NCBI GenBank assembly: GCA_963841435.1
Contig: CAWJCS010000005.1
Span: 1,696,001 to 1,760,000, forward strand
Reading direction: 5' to 3'
Length of the DNA stretch: 64,000 nt
Source of the DNA: an uncultured delta proteobacterium
GTDB lineage: Bacteria > Myxococcota_A > Polyangia > Polyangiales > Polyangiaceae
In this document: piece by piece, positions 1 through 10,090 of the stretch
Layout of the letters: every line of letters starts with the position of its first letter
Position numbering within the stretch: the stretch's first letter is position 1
The notes under the pieces: generated by a model
Seen by the model: the letters and a program-made list of their open reading frames with translations, nothing else
Database searches by the model: none
What the model was told of the DNA's origin: nothing
Made by a program: the position numbers and the translations under genes

Positions 1-145
1 GCGACGGCGGCCCCCTGCCCGTTTCGCTCGAGCTCGCGCTGGACCGCCCCGATCATGGTCATGGCCTCGGCGTGCGAAAGCGTGTGTAGGGTTCGCATGG
101 CGGGTTCAATGTCGCCGATCGCCCGGATCGCGTAAAGTTAGGAGC

Positions 146-1690
146 ATGGGCGCTCGACGGACGCACGGGGCAACGCTCCTCTCGGTCATGGCGCTTGCTT
201 TGGGGGTGTCGGCAGCATGCGCTCCGGCGGCTGACACCGCGGCTCGGGTGCCTCCCGGCGTCGCCGGCGGCACTGGAGCACCCGAGGACAGCGTCGCGAG
301 CGGCTTTCCGCCGGACGAAGCGTGGCTGCGTGCGCTCGGGACGGGCCCCACACAGACGGCGCGGGTCTGCAGCCGCCGCAGCGGAGACCGCATCGCGCGC
401 GCACTGTGTGCCGACCCGGCGGCGCCGATTGCGAGTCTCGTCAACCTTTATCGCCGGCTCGGCCTCGCCAATCCCGACGAGCGCGAGTTTGCGACGACCA
501 CGCACTCGCTCGGACTGGGCGCGCGCTTCGTTTCGGCGGCGAACCCCCGGACGATCGTGTTTCGCAAGGACGGCACGCCGATTCCCTACGAGCGCTTCGC
601 CGTCGCCGCGTTCGCGCGTGGGGAGCAGGTCGTCGAGCTCGTTGGGCTCGACCGCGCGACGCTCGACTACAACTTCTACCTACTTCGCTTCGAGCAGCGC
701 TGCAGCGCGTCACGCTGCACGCCGGCCGACCTGCTCACGAGCGCCGTGGAAGACGCCTGGACGGGCTGGACGCTCTACTCCGACGCCGATCTGGAGGACA
801 CGCCACTCGATTGTCTCTCGTGTCATCGACCCTTCGGGCCCGGAACTCCAAAGCAGCTCTTGATGCGCCAGACCGCGAGCCCCTGGCTTCACTGGGGGGA
901 TTTTCGGGGCGCCTACGAGCATCGCATCTGCCCGGCGCCGACCTCTGTCTACCCGGGCCCGTGGATCCCCGGCGACGGACTGAACCTCCTGGTAACGCTC
1001 GAGGGCAAGGCAGGGCGGTACGCCGCGATCCCCGTCGAAGAACTGGCGAAGGCCCCGAGCGGCGAGCGCTTCGGCCTCTTCCTCACCGAGGCCGAGAACA
1101 CCCTGCGTCTCGATCGACAGCCGCGCGACTACCCGTACGGCCAGCTCGACTTCGGCTCCACCGAGGCGCTTTGCGAGCCGCTCGAAACGGGAACGAGCCC
1201 GACCTGGGAGCGGCAGCGACGAGAGTCGTTGAGCCGGGGCCTCCCGGTTCCCTTCTACGGCGCCGATGTGCTCGATCCCGAGAAGCGCGGCGAGCTCGGC
1301 GTTGATCGCGCGGGATTTCTGGCGCGGCACGCCGCTCTTCCGGCTTTCGAGGTGGCGATGGATCTCATCGACAAGGAGGTGCAGGTCGCCGTGGGCTTCA
1401 CCCCCCGTTCGGACGACTCGGCGCCGCAGCTCTTCCGAGAGATGTGCTCGCGTTGTCACGGCAAGAGCACGGAGCCGCGCCTGCGGCGGGCGCGCTTCGA
1501 CGCCGAGTCTCTCGAGTCGGTCGAGCCTGCCGTCGCTCGCTCCGTCCGCAATCGCATTGCGCTGCCCGTGACCTCGCCGGAGCTCATGCCCCCGCTTCGG
1601 GTCGGGACGCTGCCCCCGTGGGCGATCGAACGCATCGAGACCTACCTCGACGAGCACTGCTCCGACGGTCGCCCCAGCGCCTGCCGCTGA
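146..1690 (+). CDS. Hypothetical exported lipoprotein with two c-type heme-binding motifs
   Basis: Signal/lipobox (MALALGVSAAC); CxxCH motifs CLSCH and CSRCH; LMPP near the C-terminus as a possible axial Met. Confidence 0.65.
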   Translation: MGARRTHGATLLSVMALALGVSAACAPAADTAARVPPGVAGGTGAPEDSVASGFPPDEAWLRALGTGPTQTARVCSRRSGDRIARALCADPAAPIASLVNLYRRLGLANPDEREFATTTHSLGLGARFVSAANPRTIVFRKDGTPIPYERFAVAAFARGEQVVELVGLDRATLDYNFYLLRFEQRCSASRCTPADLLTSAVEDAWTGWTLYSDADLEDTPLDCLSCHRPFGPGTPKQLLMRQTASPWLHWGDFRGAYEHRICPAPTSVYPGPWIPGDGLNLLVTLEGKAGRYAAIPVEELAKAPSGERFGLFLTEAENTLRLDRQPRDYPYGQLDFGSTEALCEPLETGTSPTWERQRRESLSRGLPVPFYGADVLDPEKRGELGVDRAGFLARHAALPAFEVAMDLIDKEVQVAVGFTPRSDDSAPQLFREMCSRCHGKSTEPRLRRARFDAESLESVEPAVARSVRNRIALPVTSPELMPPLRVGTLPPWAIERIETYLDEHCSDGRPSACR

Positions 1691-1753
1691 TTTTCGTCCG
1701 GCAAGCGTTAGCCGGGACGATCTTTCCGGCGGGCTTGGATCGCCCAGAGAAAA

Positions 1754-1780
1754 TGACCAAGAAAATTAGTGACCATGAAA
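1754..1780. promoter_or_regulatory. Direct repeat TGACCA(A/T)GAAA x2 with a 16-bp period, possible regulator site
   Basis: TGACCAAGAAA at 1754-1764 and TGACCATGAAA at 1770-1780 in an AT-rich intergenic patch. Confidence 0.3.
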
Positions 1781-1955
1781 TCTTCCAGATCGGCTAGCCT
1801 CGAGGGGCGGTTTAGCCCGTTCGGGGCCGACCGCCGAGGGCACCCGGCGTCATGTCCAGGGTGAATCCCGAGGGAACCCACCCACCCCCCCGGTGGGTTT
1901 GATGATTCGTTTGTCGAGTGCCGGGACTCTTAACCAGTCCAAGGAACTAAAAAAC

Positions 1956-3197
1956 ATGAAGCGTGCTCTCTTTGCATCGGTTGTGGTGGGGTTCGGGGCC
2001 TTCGCCGGCTGTGGCGGTCAAGAGCCCTCCACGGTCGTCAGTACTGGGGGAACCGGGGCTGGGGCAACGGGTGGGAGCAGCGGCGCGAGCGCATCGGGGG
2101 GTAGCGCCGGCACGGTCGCTGGCACCGGTGGCTCGCTGGGTGGCACCGGCGCCACGTCGGGAACGGCAGGAGGAGCCACCGGTGGCACCGCTGGCTCGGT
2201 GACGGGCGGCACGGCCGGTCTCGGCGGCACCGGCAACGGAGCTGGGCTTGGCGGCGGCTCGGGCCTCGGTGGCACGGGCGCCGTGTCCGGCGCGGGCATG
2301 GGCGGCATCGCCGGCACCATGGCCGGCAGCGCGGGTGATACAGGTGGCATCGGCGGCGCGGGTGCTGGCGGCGCGGGTGCCGGTGGCACCTCCGGTTCGG
2401 CGGGAGCAAACGGCGGCGCCGGCACCGGCGGCATGTCCGGCGACGGTGGCACGGGCGGCAGCGCGTGTCCCTCGGTCGCCGAGCTCTTCCCCGCCATGGG
2501 CAACATGGGCTCGCTCGATGGTCGCCTCGTCACGACGCCCTGCGCGACGACGAACAGCGACGACTGCGACGGCGGCGGTTGGATCTACCAGGGCCAGACC
2601 TCGCCGTGCATGAACGGCTCCCTCAACGCCCAGCAAGACTTCACCGTCGCCGGTACGCCTGGCGCAATGTACACCGTGATGATCCACTTCTACGGCGTCG
2701 TCGAGCCGAAGAACTACGGCAACATGGTGACGCGCGAGGCCGGCAACACGCGCCCCACGAACTCGTTGACGGGCGCGAGCCCGGCGCCTTGGGCCCAGGC
2801 CAACGGTGGCGTGACGTATCCGGCGTCGGACTACAACACGTACGAGATCCACGTCCTCGACAACAACAACCAAGAAATTCACGAGTACTTCCTGAACTCG
2901 GACACGCAGGAAGGTCACTGGACGTATCTGTTGAACTACGAGCGTGAGATTACCGTCGTCGGTGGCGGCAAGGTCCGCATGCGCACGTACGACCGTAACT
3001 GCCGCATGATCAAGAACTGCGGCGTCAGGACCGGCGGCATCAGCATCGATGCTTGCCGGGCGGCGACCAAGCAGACGATCAGCACGTCGGCTGCGATGCC
3101 CCAACCCATGGGTCTGACTCAGCCGGGCCTGGGTCAGCCGGACGATCAGTCCGGACAGTGGCTCTTCTTGGATGTCATGAGCGTCACCTGCATGTGA
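1956..3197 (+). CDS. Lipoprotein with a long Gly-rich linker and a C-terminal globular domain of unknown function
   Basis: ATG 1956 after AAGGA; MKRALFASVVVGFGAFAGC lipobox; about 140 aa of G/S/T/A linker, then a Cys-containing domain rich in aromatic residues. Confidence 0.8.
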   Translation: MKRALFASVVVGFGAFAGCGGQEPSTVVSTGGTGAGATGGSSGASASGGSAGTVAGTGGSLGGTGATSGTAGGATGGTAGSVTGGTAGLGGTGNGAGLGGGSGLGGTGAVSGAGMGGIAGTMAGSAGDTGGIGGAGAGGAGAGGTSGSAGANGGAGTGGMSGDGGTGGSACPSVAELFPAMGNMGSLDGRLVTTPCATTNSDDCDGGGWIYQGQTSPCMNGSLNAQQDFTVAGTPGAMYTVMIHFYGVVEPKNYGNMVTREAGNTRPTNSLTGASPAPWAQANGGVTYPASDYNTYEIHVLDNNNQEIHEYFLNSDTQEGHWTYLLNYEREITVVGGGKVRMRTYDRNCRMIKNCGVRTGGISIDACRAATKQTISTSAAMPQPMGLTQPGLGQPDDQSGQWLFLDVMSVTCM

Positions 3198-3438
3198 GCT
3201 GGCGCACCGACGAACGTTTGAAAACAAAGGACTCGGGCTTCGATGCCGATCGGTCGCGCGTCCGCGCGCGGCGGCAACGTGCGCCATCACGCGGCCCACG
3301 CGGCCGCGAAGTTGCGCCCAAAACGTGCAGTGATTTCCTTTCGGTTGCGCGGCGTTTTTGGTAGATAGCAGTCCTGTCGCGTTCGCGTGCCGTCGAGAGC
3401 CCTCGCGCGCCATCAAGTAATCCGAAGCAGGAGACACC

Positions 3439-4905
3439 GTGATAGCTCGAAGCACAGTTCGATTGGGCAAGCTCGTCGGCGCCCTCGCGCTCAGCGGATC
3501 GTTCTTCGTCGCGCGTTCCGCGCGCGCCGACGTGACGCTGGTCGACAAGGACGGTTGGACCGTGTTCATCAACGGCCGCATGCAGGCGTTCCTCAACTAC
3601 AACGTCGGTAACGGTTACCCGATCAGCGTGATCGACGGGACGGATCGCACGGTCGTGTTGCAGAGCGGTGGCTACAGCGGGTTGGCGCTCGAGAAGCCGC
3701 CCGTCACCACGACCAACGATCCTGGCAGGATTCAGGAGCTTCGCATCCGAACGGGCTTCGTCGGTAACGTGCTCGGCTTCGGCATCAAGCGCCAGATGAA
3801 CAAGGACACCGAGATCCTCGGTTACACCGCGGTCACGACGTTCATCGAGTTGACCGATCGTCGGAAGTACCTCGGCATCACGCCCGACTGGCGCGAGAGC
3901 TATCTCAAGGTGTCGGCGCCCTGGGGTAGCGTGACGGCCGGTCGCATGCTCACGCTCTACTCGCGTGGTGCGACCGAGATCACGTATCTCTACGGCTTCC
4001 GCTACGGGCTCGGCTGGCCGGGCGACATCAGCAACAACGGCCCGACCGCGGGGCACGTCGGCTTCGGCGTTCTCGGCAACGGCTTCGGCGCCGGCATGGC
4101 CTATGCGACGCCGTCGCTCGGCGGCTTCCAGCTGACCGTCGGCGCGTTCGACGCCAACATCCTGCCGGGCTCGACGTTCTGGGAGCGTGCACGCTGGCCG
4201 CGCGCCGAGGCCGAGGCGACCTTCGAGTCCAAGATTGGCACGCTTGGCATGTTCAAGCTGTTCGGCAACGGCATGTGGCAAAAGATTTACGAGAAGGGCG
4301 GGGATCGCAACTCGACGATGGCGGGTGCCGGCGCCGGCGGGCGCGTCGAGGTCGGGCCCGTGCACCTGGGCGTCGCCGGACACTACGGTCAAGGTGTCGG
4401 CGTGAACTTCGCGCTCGACCCATCGGACTCGTTCTTCAACCCCGAGACACCGGACCGCAAGTTTCGCACGATGGACGGCCTCTACGCGCAGCTGCAGGTC
4501 TCGCCCACCAAGATGTTCGACATCGCGGCGGGTGCCGGCATCAGCCGCGTCAAGCTCCTCAATGAAGACACCGTCAACTGGACGGACGACGACAACGACG
4601 ATCCTGACGCCAACGGCTTCACCGACGGCGACAACGACCCGACGACCCCTGAAACGGCGGCGACTCCGGCGAGCAACGACGACTCGGATCCCACGACCCA
4701 GGACCCCGTTGGCTTCGTCCCGATCAAGAGCCAGCTCGGCTTCTCGGGCGGCGTCACGGTGCACCTCTCGGAGAATCTGCACCTCGCGCTCGAGTACTTC
4801 CGCGCCATCTTCACCTGGTACAAGCCGTCCCCATCGGCGTCGGATGCGCAAGAGCCATCGCAGGCGTTCCACGTCGTCAACGCGGGGGTCACCTATGACT
4901 TCTGA
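3439..4905 (+). CDS. Outer-membrane porin-like beta-barrel protein
   Basis: AGGAG RBS; signal peptide ending ARA-D; alternating beta-strand pattern; C-terminal VNAGVTYDF ending in Phe. Confidence 0.75.
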   Translation: MIARSTVRLGKLVGALALSGSFFVARSARADVTLVDKDGWTVFINGRMQAFLNYNVGNGYPISVIDGTDRTVVLQSGGYSGLALEKPPVTTTNDPGRIQELRIRTGFVGNVLGFGIKRQMNKDTEILGYTAVTTFIELTDRRKYLGITPDWRESYLKVSAPWGSVTAGRMLTLYSRGATEITYLYGFRYGLGWPGDISNNGPTAGHVGFGVLGNGFGAGMAYATPSLGGFQLTVGAFDANILPGSTFWERARWPRAEAEATFESKIGTLGMFKLFGNGMWQKIYEKGGDRNSTMAGAGAGGRVEVGPVHLGVAGHYGQGVGVNFALDPSDSFFNPETPDRKFRTMDGLYAQLQVSPTKMFDIAAGAGISRVKLLNEDTVNWTDDDNDDPDANGFTDGDNDPTTPETAATPASNDDSDPTTQDPVGFVPIKSQLGFSGGVTVHLSENLHLALEYFRAIFTWYKPSPSASDAQEPSQAFHVVNAGVTYDF

Positions 4906-4945
4906 GCGCGCACCGCGACATGCAAAAGGAACCCGGAGCGGACCG

Positions 4946-5281
4946 ATGAGCACGCTGACCACCTTCGCCCGATACCTGACCGGTTCGACGATGCTCGTCT
5001 TGGCGTGCCTCGTCGCCTCCGCAAACATCAGCTGCGCCGAGGAAGAGTTCAGCTGCTGCGAGTGCACCTTCCCGAATTGCCTGGACGGCATGGGGGCATC
5101 GGCGTCGCAGCGCTACTGCGTGTGTCCGTCAACGCCCTACACGTACGAGAGCTGCGCGCTCTTCTGTCGCGATCAGGCGCCGCTGGACCTCAAGGCTGCG
5201 GGTTTCCAGATGTGCGGGACGGCGACGACGACGCTCGCCAAGAACTCGTGCAGCATCGGCTCCCCGGTCGGCGCACCCTGA
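4946..5281 (+). CDS. Small Cys-rich putative lipoprotein
   Basis: GGAG RBS; hydrophobic signal ending ISC; 10 further Cys in about 80 aa. Confidence 0.65.
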   Translation: MSTLTTFARYLTGSTMLVLACLVASANISCAEEEFSCCECTFPNCLDGMGASASQRYCVCPSTPYTYESCALFCRDQAPLDLKAAGFQMCGTATTTLAKNSCSIGSPVGAP

Positions 5282-5293
5282 GGGCGGCGCGCC

Positions 5294-6502
5294 ATGCTGC
5301 CGTGGATCGGAGCCGCGCTCTGTGCGGCTTTTTCGGCTGGCGGCGCCCGCTCCGCACCCCCGCGTGACGCTTCCGCCCCCGCGCCTTTCGATCCCGCGCT
5401 AGAAGCAGCGCCCGTCATCGCCTCGGCGCTCGCCGCCGCGGCCGCGCCCGAAAAGGCGGGCGGCACCGTCCCGGTACCGGTCGGTCGTGTCAACGGAAAG
5501 GACGCCACGCTGTTCACGCTCACGAATGCTCACGGCCTCCGAGTTTCGGTCACCGAATACGGGACCATCATCACCGAGCTTCACGTTCCCGATCGCTCGG
5601 GCAAGCTCGCTGACATCGTGCTCGGCTTCGCGAGCGTCGCCGAGTACGACGAGCGGAGCCCGTACTTTGGCGCGACCGTGGGGCGCGTCGCAAACCGCAT
5701 CCGGAGCGCCCAGTTCGAGCTCGACGGCAAGCGCTATGACCTCGCTCGGAACGACGGGCCGCACCACCTGCACGGTGGGCCCAAGGGCTGGGACAAGGTC
5801 GTCTGGGAAGCAAAGCCCATGGAAACGCCGGACGGCCCGGCGATCCAATTCACCTACGTCTCGCCAGACGGCGAAGAGGGCTACCCGGGCACGGTCACGG
5901 CCAAGACCAAGTACACACTGACGAACCGTGACGAGCTCTACGTCGAGATGCTGGCGACGACCGACGAGACGACGCTCGTGAACATGGCCCACCACGGCTA
6001 CTGGAACCTCGGAGGCGTCGGGTCGGGCCCGATCACCGATCACGAGCTCACGTTGTTTGCCGACCAGTACACGCCGGGCGACCCGATGGTGCCGACGGGT
6101 GCCATCGAGCTGGTCAAGGGCACGCCCTTCGACTTTACGAAAGCCAAGCCCATCGGTCGCGACCTCGAGGCGGCTGGCGGAAGCCCCGTGGGCTACGATC
6201 ACAACTTCGTCGTGCGCGGCGAGCCGAGCGCGCTCCGCCCCGTTGCTCGCGTGAAGGATCCGAAGTCGGGCCGCGTGATGACGCTCGAGGCCGACCAGCC
6301 CGGCGTGCAGTTTTATTCGGGTAACTTCCTGGACGGCACGCTCGCGGGCAAGGGTGTTTCGTACGGCAAGCACACCGGGTTTTGCCTCGAGACCCAGAAG
6401 TTTCCGAACGCCATCAACGTCCCTTCGTGGCGTGACCAGATGATCCTCGAACCGGGCGAGACGTACTCGCACACCATGATTCATCGTTTCAGCGTGGAGT
6501 GA
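5294..6502 (+). CDS. galM: Aldose 1-epimerase (galactose mutarotase) with an N-terminal extension, possibly exported
   Basis: YFGATVGRVANRI, HLHGG, EEGYPG, HHGYWNL, GYDHNF and GFCLETQ motifs. Confidence 0.93.
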   Translation: MLPWIGAALCAAFSAGGARSAPPRDASAPAPFDPALEAAPVIASALAAAAAPEKAGGTVPVPVGRVNGKDATLFTLTNAHGLRVSVTEYGTIITELHVPDRSGKLADIVLGFASVAEYDERSPYFGATVGRVANRIRSAQFELDGKRYDLARNDGPHHLHGGPKGWDKVVWEAKPMETPDGPAIQFTYVSPDGEEGYPGTVTAKTKYTLTNRDELYVEMLATTDETTLVNMAHHGYWNLGGVGSGPITDHELTLFADQYTPGDPMVPTGAIELVKGTPFDFTKAKPIGRDLEAAGGSPVGYDHNFVVRGEPSALRPVARVKDPKSGRVMTLEADQPGVQFYSGNFLDGTLAGKGVSYGKHTGFCLETQKFPNAINVPSWRDQMILEPGETYSHTMIHRFSVE

Positions 6503-6507
6503 ACAAC

Positions 6508-7524
6508 ATGGCCGATATGCTCGAGTGGGGAGTGATTGGGACGGGAGGAATCGCCGGGGACTTCGCCGAGGCGCTCGGTCGTTCGAAGCGCTGCCGCGTC
6601 GTCAACGTGTGCGGGTCCTCCCCGGAGAAGGCGCGCGGCTTCGCGGAAAAGTTCGGCGTCGCGAACGCCGCGCCGTCACTCGACGCCATGCTCGCCGACC
6701 CGCGCGTGCAGGCGGTCTACGTGGCGACGCCGCACCCGGCACACGAGGCGCAGGCCATCGCGTGCATCGAGGCGGGCAAGCACGTGTTGTGTGAAAAGCC
6801 CATGACGATGGACGCCGTCGGCGCCGAGCGAGTCGTGGCAGCGGCGCGGAAGAAGAACGTCTTCTTGATGGAGGCGTACATGTACCGCTGCCACCCGCTC
6901 TTGCGCGAGATCATCGCCCGGCTGGAGGGTGGCGCCATCGGCGCGATCCAGCACGTGCGCGCGGACTTCTCCTTTCGCGTGCCGCGCAATCCCAAGGGGC
7001 GTCTGTTCGACCTCGCGCTCGGCGGTGGGGCCGTCCTCGACGTCGGCGGGTACCCGATGTCGTTCGCTCGCCTCGTGGCCGGCATGGTCGAGGGCAAGCG
7101 CTTCGCCGAGCCGACGCAGCTCCACGCCGTGGGCTTTCTCGGGCCCACGGGCGCCGACGAGATCACGACGGCGACGCTCCGTTTTGCGTCGGGTTTCACG
7201 GCCGTCGTGAGCTGCGCCGTGCATCAGGAGCTCGGGCGGCGAGTTTCGGTGTGTGGGGAGCTCGGGCGCCTCGAAGTCGAGGATCCTTGGATCCCAGGTG
7301 GCGACCGACAGGGCCGCACGACGAGCTTCACGCTGCACGTCGAGGGGCGCCCCGCCGAAAATGTGCAAATCTCAACGGAGTCGGCAACTTATGCTATCGA
7401 AGCCGAGCTCGTGGCCGCCACGCTGCCGGGTGTGGAAGCTGCATTCCCGGCAATGACTTGGGCTGACACGATCGGTAACATGCGCGCGCTCGACGCCTGG
7501 CGCGCGGCGCTCGCCGCCAAGTAG
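6508..7524 (+). CDS. Gfo/Idh/MocA family oxidoreductase
   Basis: WGVIGTGGIA, VYVATPH, HVLCEKP and GGGAVLDVGGY motifs; start could be GTG 6499. Confidence 0.92.
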   Translation: MADMLEWGVIGTGGIAGDFAEALGRSKRCRVVNVCGSSPEKARGFAEKFGVANAAPSLDAMLADPRVQAVYVATPHPAHEAQAIACIEAGKHVLCEKPMTMDAVGAERVVAAARKKNVFLMEAYMYRCHPLLREIIARLEGGAIGAIQHVRADFSFRVPRNPKGRLFDLALGGGAVLDVGGYPMSFARLVAGMVEGKRFAEPTQLHAVGFLGPTGADEITTATLRFASGFTAVVSCAVHQELGRRVSVCGELGRLEVEDPWIPGGDRQGRTTSFTLHVEGRPAENVQISTESATYAIEAELVAATLPGVEAAFPAMTWADTIGNMRALDAWRAALAAK

Positions 7525-7550
7525 AGTCACCACCAACGAGGAGATCCGCT

Positions 7551-8567
7551 GTGACGATTTCGACCAAAAAGCGCGCCTTCATGCTCTGGTGCGGAGCAAC
7601 GTTCGCCTGCGCCCTCGCAGGCTGCAGCAAGAGTGAACCCGCGGGGACGGCTGCCGCCACCGGTAGTGCCGCCGAAGCCCCCGCCCAGAAAGTGTTGAAG
7701 TTCGCGTTCGTGACGAACAACGCGAGCGAGTTCTGGAAGATCGCCCAAGCCGGCGTCAGGAAGTTCGAGCACGAGAGCAAGGTGCAGGTCGACGTGAAGA
7801 TGCCGTCGAACGGCACGACCGAGGAGCAGAACCAGATCCTCGAGAACCTCGCGAGCCAGGGCTACGACGGCATCGCCGTCAGCGCGATCGCTCCGAACGA
7901 TCAGGTGCCCGTGCTCAACAGGGTGGCTGCCAAGACCAAGCTCATCACCTTCGACTCGGACGCGCCGAAGTCGAACCGCCTGCTTTACATCGGCACCAAC
8001 AACTACGAGGCCGGCAAGGCGCTCGGCGGCGAGATCGTGAAAATGCTGCCGAACGGTGGGAAAATGGCGGTCTTCGTCGGTACGCTGTCGGCAGACAACG
8101 CGGCGCAGCGGCTCAAGGGCATCGTCGATGTCGTGACCCCGGCGAAGATCGAGATCGTCGACAAGCGCGAGGACAACACGGACCGCGCGAAGGCGCGCTC
8201 GAACGTCGAGGACATCCTCAACGCCCACAAGGATCTCGACCTCGTGGCCGGCCTCTGGTCGTACAACGGACCCGCGATCGCGGCGGCCGTCGACGCCCTC
8301 GGAAAGAAGGGCAAGGTTCGCGCGGCGGTGTTCGACGAGGAGGACGGGACGCTCACCGGCATCCAGAACGACATCGTCGATTGCACGGTCGTTCAGAAGC
8401 CGTTTCAGTTCGGTTACCTCGCGAGCAAGTGGATGTACGACCTCGCGACGGACCCCGGAGCCATGGCGAAGATCCCGGCCGACAAGGCCATCGACACGGG
8501 CGTCGAAGTGATCAACAAGGCGAACGTGGCTGACTTCAAGCAGAAGCTCGCCGAAATGAAGAAGTGA
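7551..8567 (+). CDS. Sugar ABC transporter substrate-binding lipoprotein (RbsB-like)
   Basis: Lipobox LAGC; ITFDSD, YIGTNNYEAG and VVQKPFQFGY motifs. Confidence 0.92.
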   Translation: MTISTKKRAFMLWCGATFACALAGCSKSEPAGTAAATGSAAEAPAQKVLKFAFVTNNASEFWKIAQAGVRKFEHESKVQVDVKMPSNGTTEEQNQILENLASQGYDGIAVSAIAPNDQVPVLNRVAAKTKLITFDSDAPKSNRLLYIGTNNYEAGKALGGEIVKMLPNGGKMAVFVGTLSADNAAQRLKGIVDVVTPAKIEIVDKREDNTDRAKARSNVEDILNAHKDLDLVAGLWSYNGPAIAAAVDALGKKGKVRAAVFDEEDGTLTGIQNDIVDCTVVQKPFQFGYLASKWMYDLATDPGAMAKIPADKAIDTGVEVINKANVADFKQKLAEMKK

Positions 8568-8568
8568 G

Positions 8569-10090
8569 TTGAGCGACAGGTCCGCCCCGCTGCTCGAAAT
8601 GAGCGCGATCACCAAGCGCTTTCCCGGTGTGATCGCGCTCCGGGGGGTGAAGCTCACCCTCTCGGCGGGAGAGGTGTTGGCGCTGATGGGCGAGAACGGC
8701 GCCGGCAAGAGCACGCTGATGAAGATCCTCGGCGGCGCGCAGCTGCCGGACGAAGGGACGATCACCCTCGACGGCAAGGCCGTCGTGCTCGACAGCGTGA
8801 GGGAGGCCAAGCGTCTCGGTATCGCGCTGATTCATCAGGAGCTGATGCTGGCGCCGAATCTCGACATCACGGCCAACATCTTCCTCGGCGGCGAGCGAGC
8901 GCGCCTCTTCGCGCCCGTGCCGCGCCCCACGCTCCGCGCCGAGGCCCGTCGCCTGCTCGAGCGCGTGGGCCTCGACCGCCCGCCCGCGACGCCCGTGTCG
9001 AGTCTGACGGCGGGCCAGATGCAGATGGTGGAGATCGCGAAGGCGCTCGCCCTGAACGCCCGCATCATCATCATGGACGAGCCGACGTCGTCCTTGACGT
9101 CCGGCGAATCGGAGCATCTTTTCCGCATCATTCGCCAACTTCGGGCCGACGGAATCGGCATCATCTACATCTCGCACCGGATGGAAGAGGTGCTCGAGCT
9201 CGCCGATCGCATCACCGTGATGCGCGACGGGCGCTACGTGGGCGACGTCGTGCGTGCCGAGGCGACGCACGACAAGATCGTCGCGATGATGGTGGGCCGC
9301 GAGCTCAGCGGGCAGTACTTCCCGGCTCGTTCGGAGCGCCCCGAGGGCGAGGTCCTCCTGAGCGTCAAGAACGTGATTGTCCCGGGGGCGCCGGTCGGCG
9401 TGAGCTTCGAGGCGCGGCGCGGCGAGATCTCTGGGCTTCGCCGGGCTCGTCGGCGCGGGGCGCACCGAGCTCATGCAGACGATCTTCGGCGTGACGCCCG
9501 CGCTCGGTGGCACGATGACGCTCGAGGGGAAGCCCTACGCCCCGAAGAGCGCGCGCGACGCCATCCGGCGGGGGGTGCTGCTCGCGCCCGAGGATCGCAA
9601 GCGCCACGGGCTCGTCTTGCCCATGAACATCGCCCAGAATACGTCGCTCCCCGCGATCTCGACCTACGCGCGGTTCGGCTGGCTCGACCGCAAGACCGAG
9701 GCTCGGGTTGCCGAGGCCGAGATCAAGCGCCTGCGCACCAAGACGTTCGGCATCACGCAGCGGGTGGTGAACCTTTCGGGAGGCAACCAGCAGAAGGTGG
9801 TGCTCGGCAAGTGGCTCGCCATGCAGCCGAAGATCCTGATCTTGGACGAGCCGACGCGGGGTATCGACGTGGGGGCCAAGGCCGAAATCTACCGACACAT
9901 GGCCACGCTCGCCGAGGAAGGCATCACCATCATCATGGTGAGCTCCGACATGGAGGAAGTCCTCGGCATGAGCGAGCGTGTGGTCGTGATGCACGAGCGA
10001 CACGTGCGAGGCGCCCTGCCGCGCGCGGGTCTGACGCAGGAGCGGATCGCGATGTTGATGACTGGTGGTCAGAAGGGTGCAGCAGCATGA
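8569..10090 (+). pseudogene. Sugar ABC ATP-binding protein (RbsA-like), frameshifted by one extra base at about 9430 (mutation or sequencing error)
   Basis: GENGAGKST and MDEPTSSL in the first frame; removing T9430 (gag atc T ctg) restores GEILGFAGLVGAGRTELMQ and continues to LSGGNQQK/LDEPTRGIDVGAK, stop at 10090. Confidence 0.88.
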
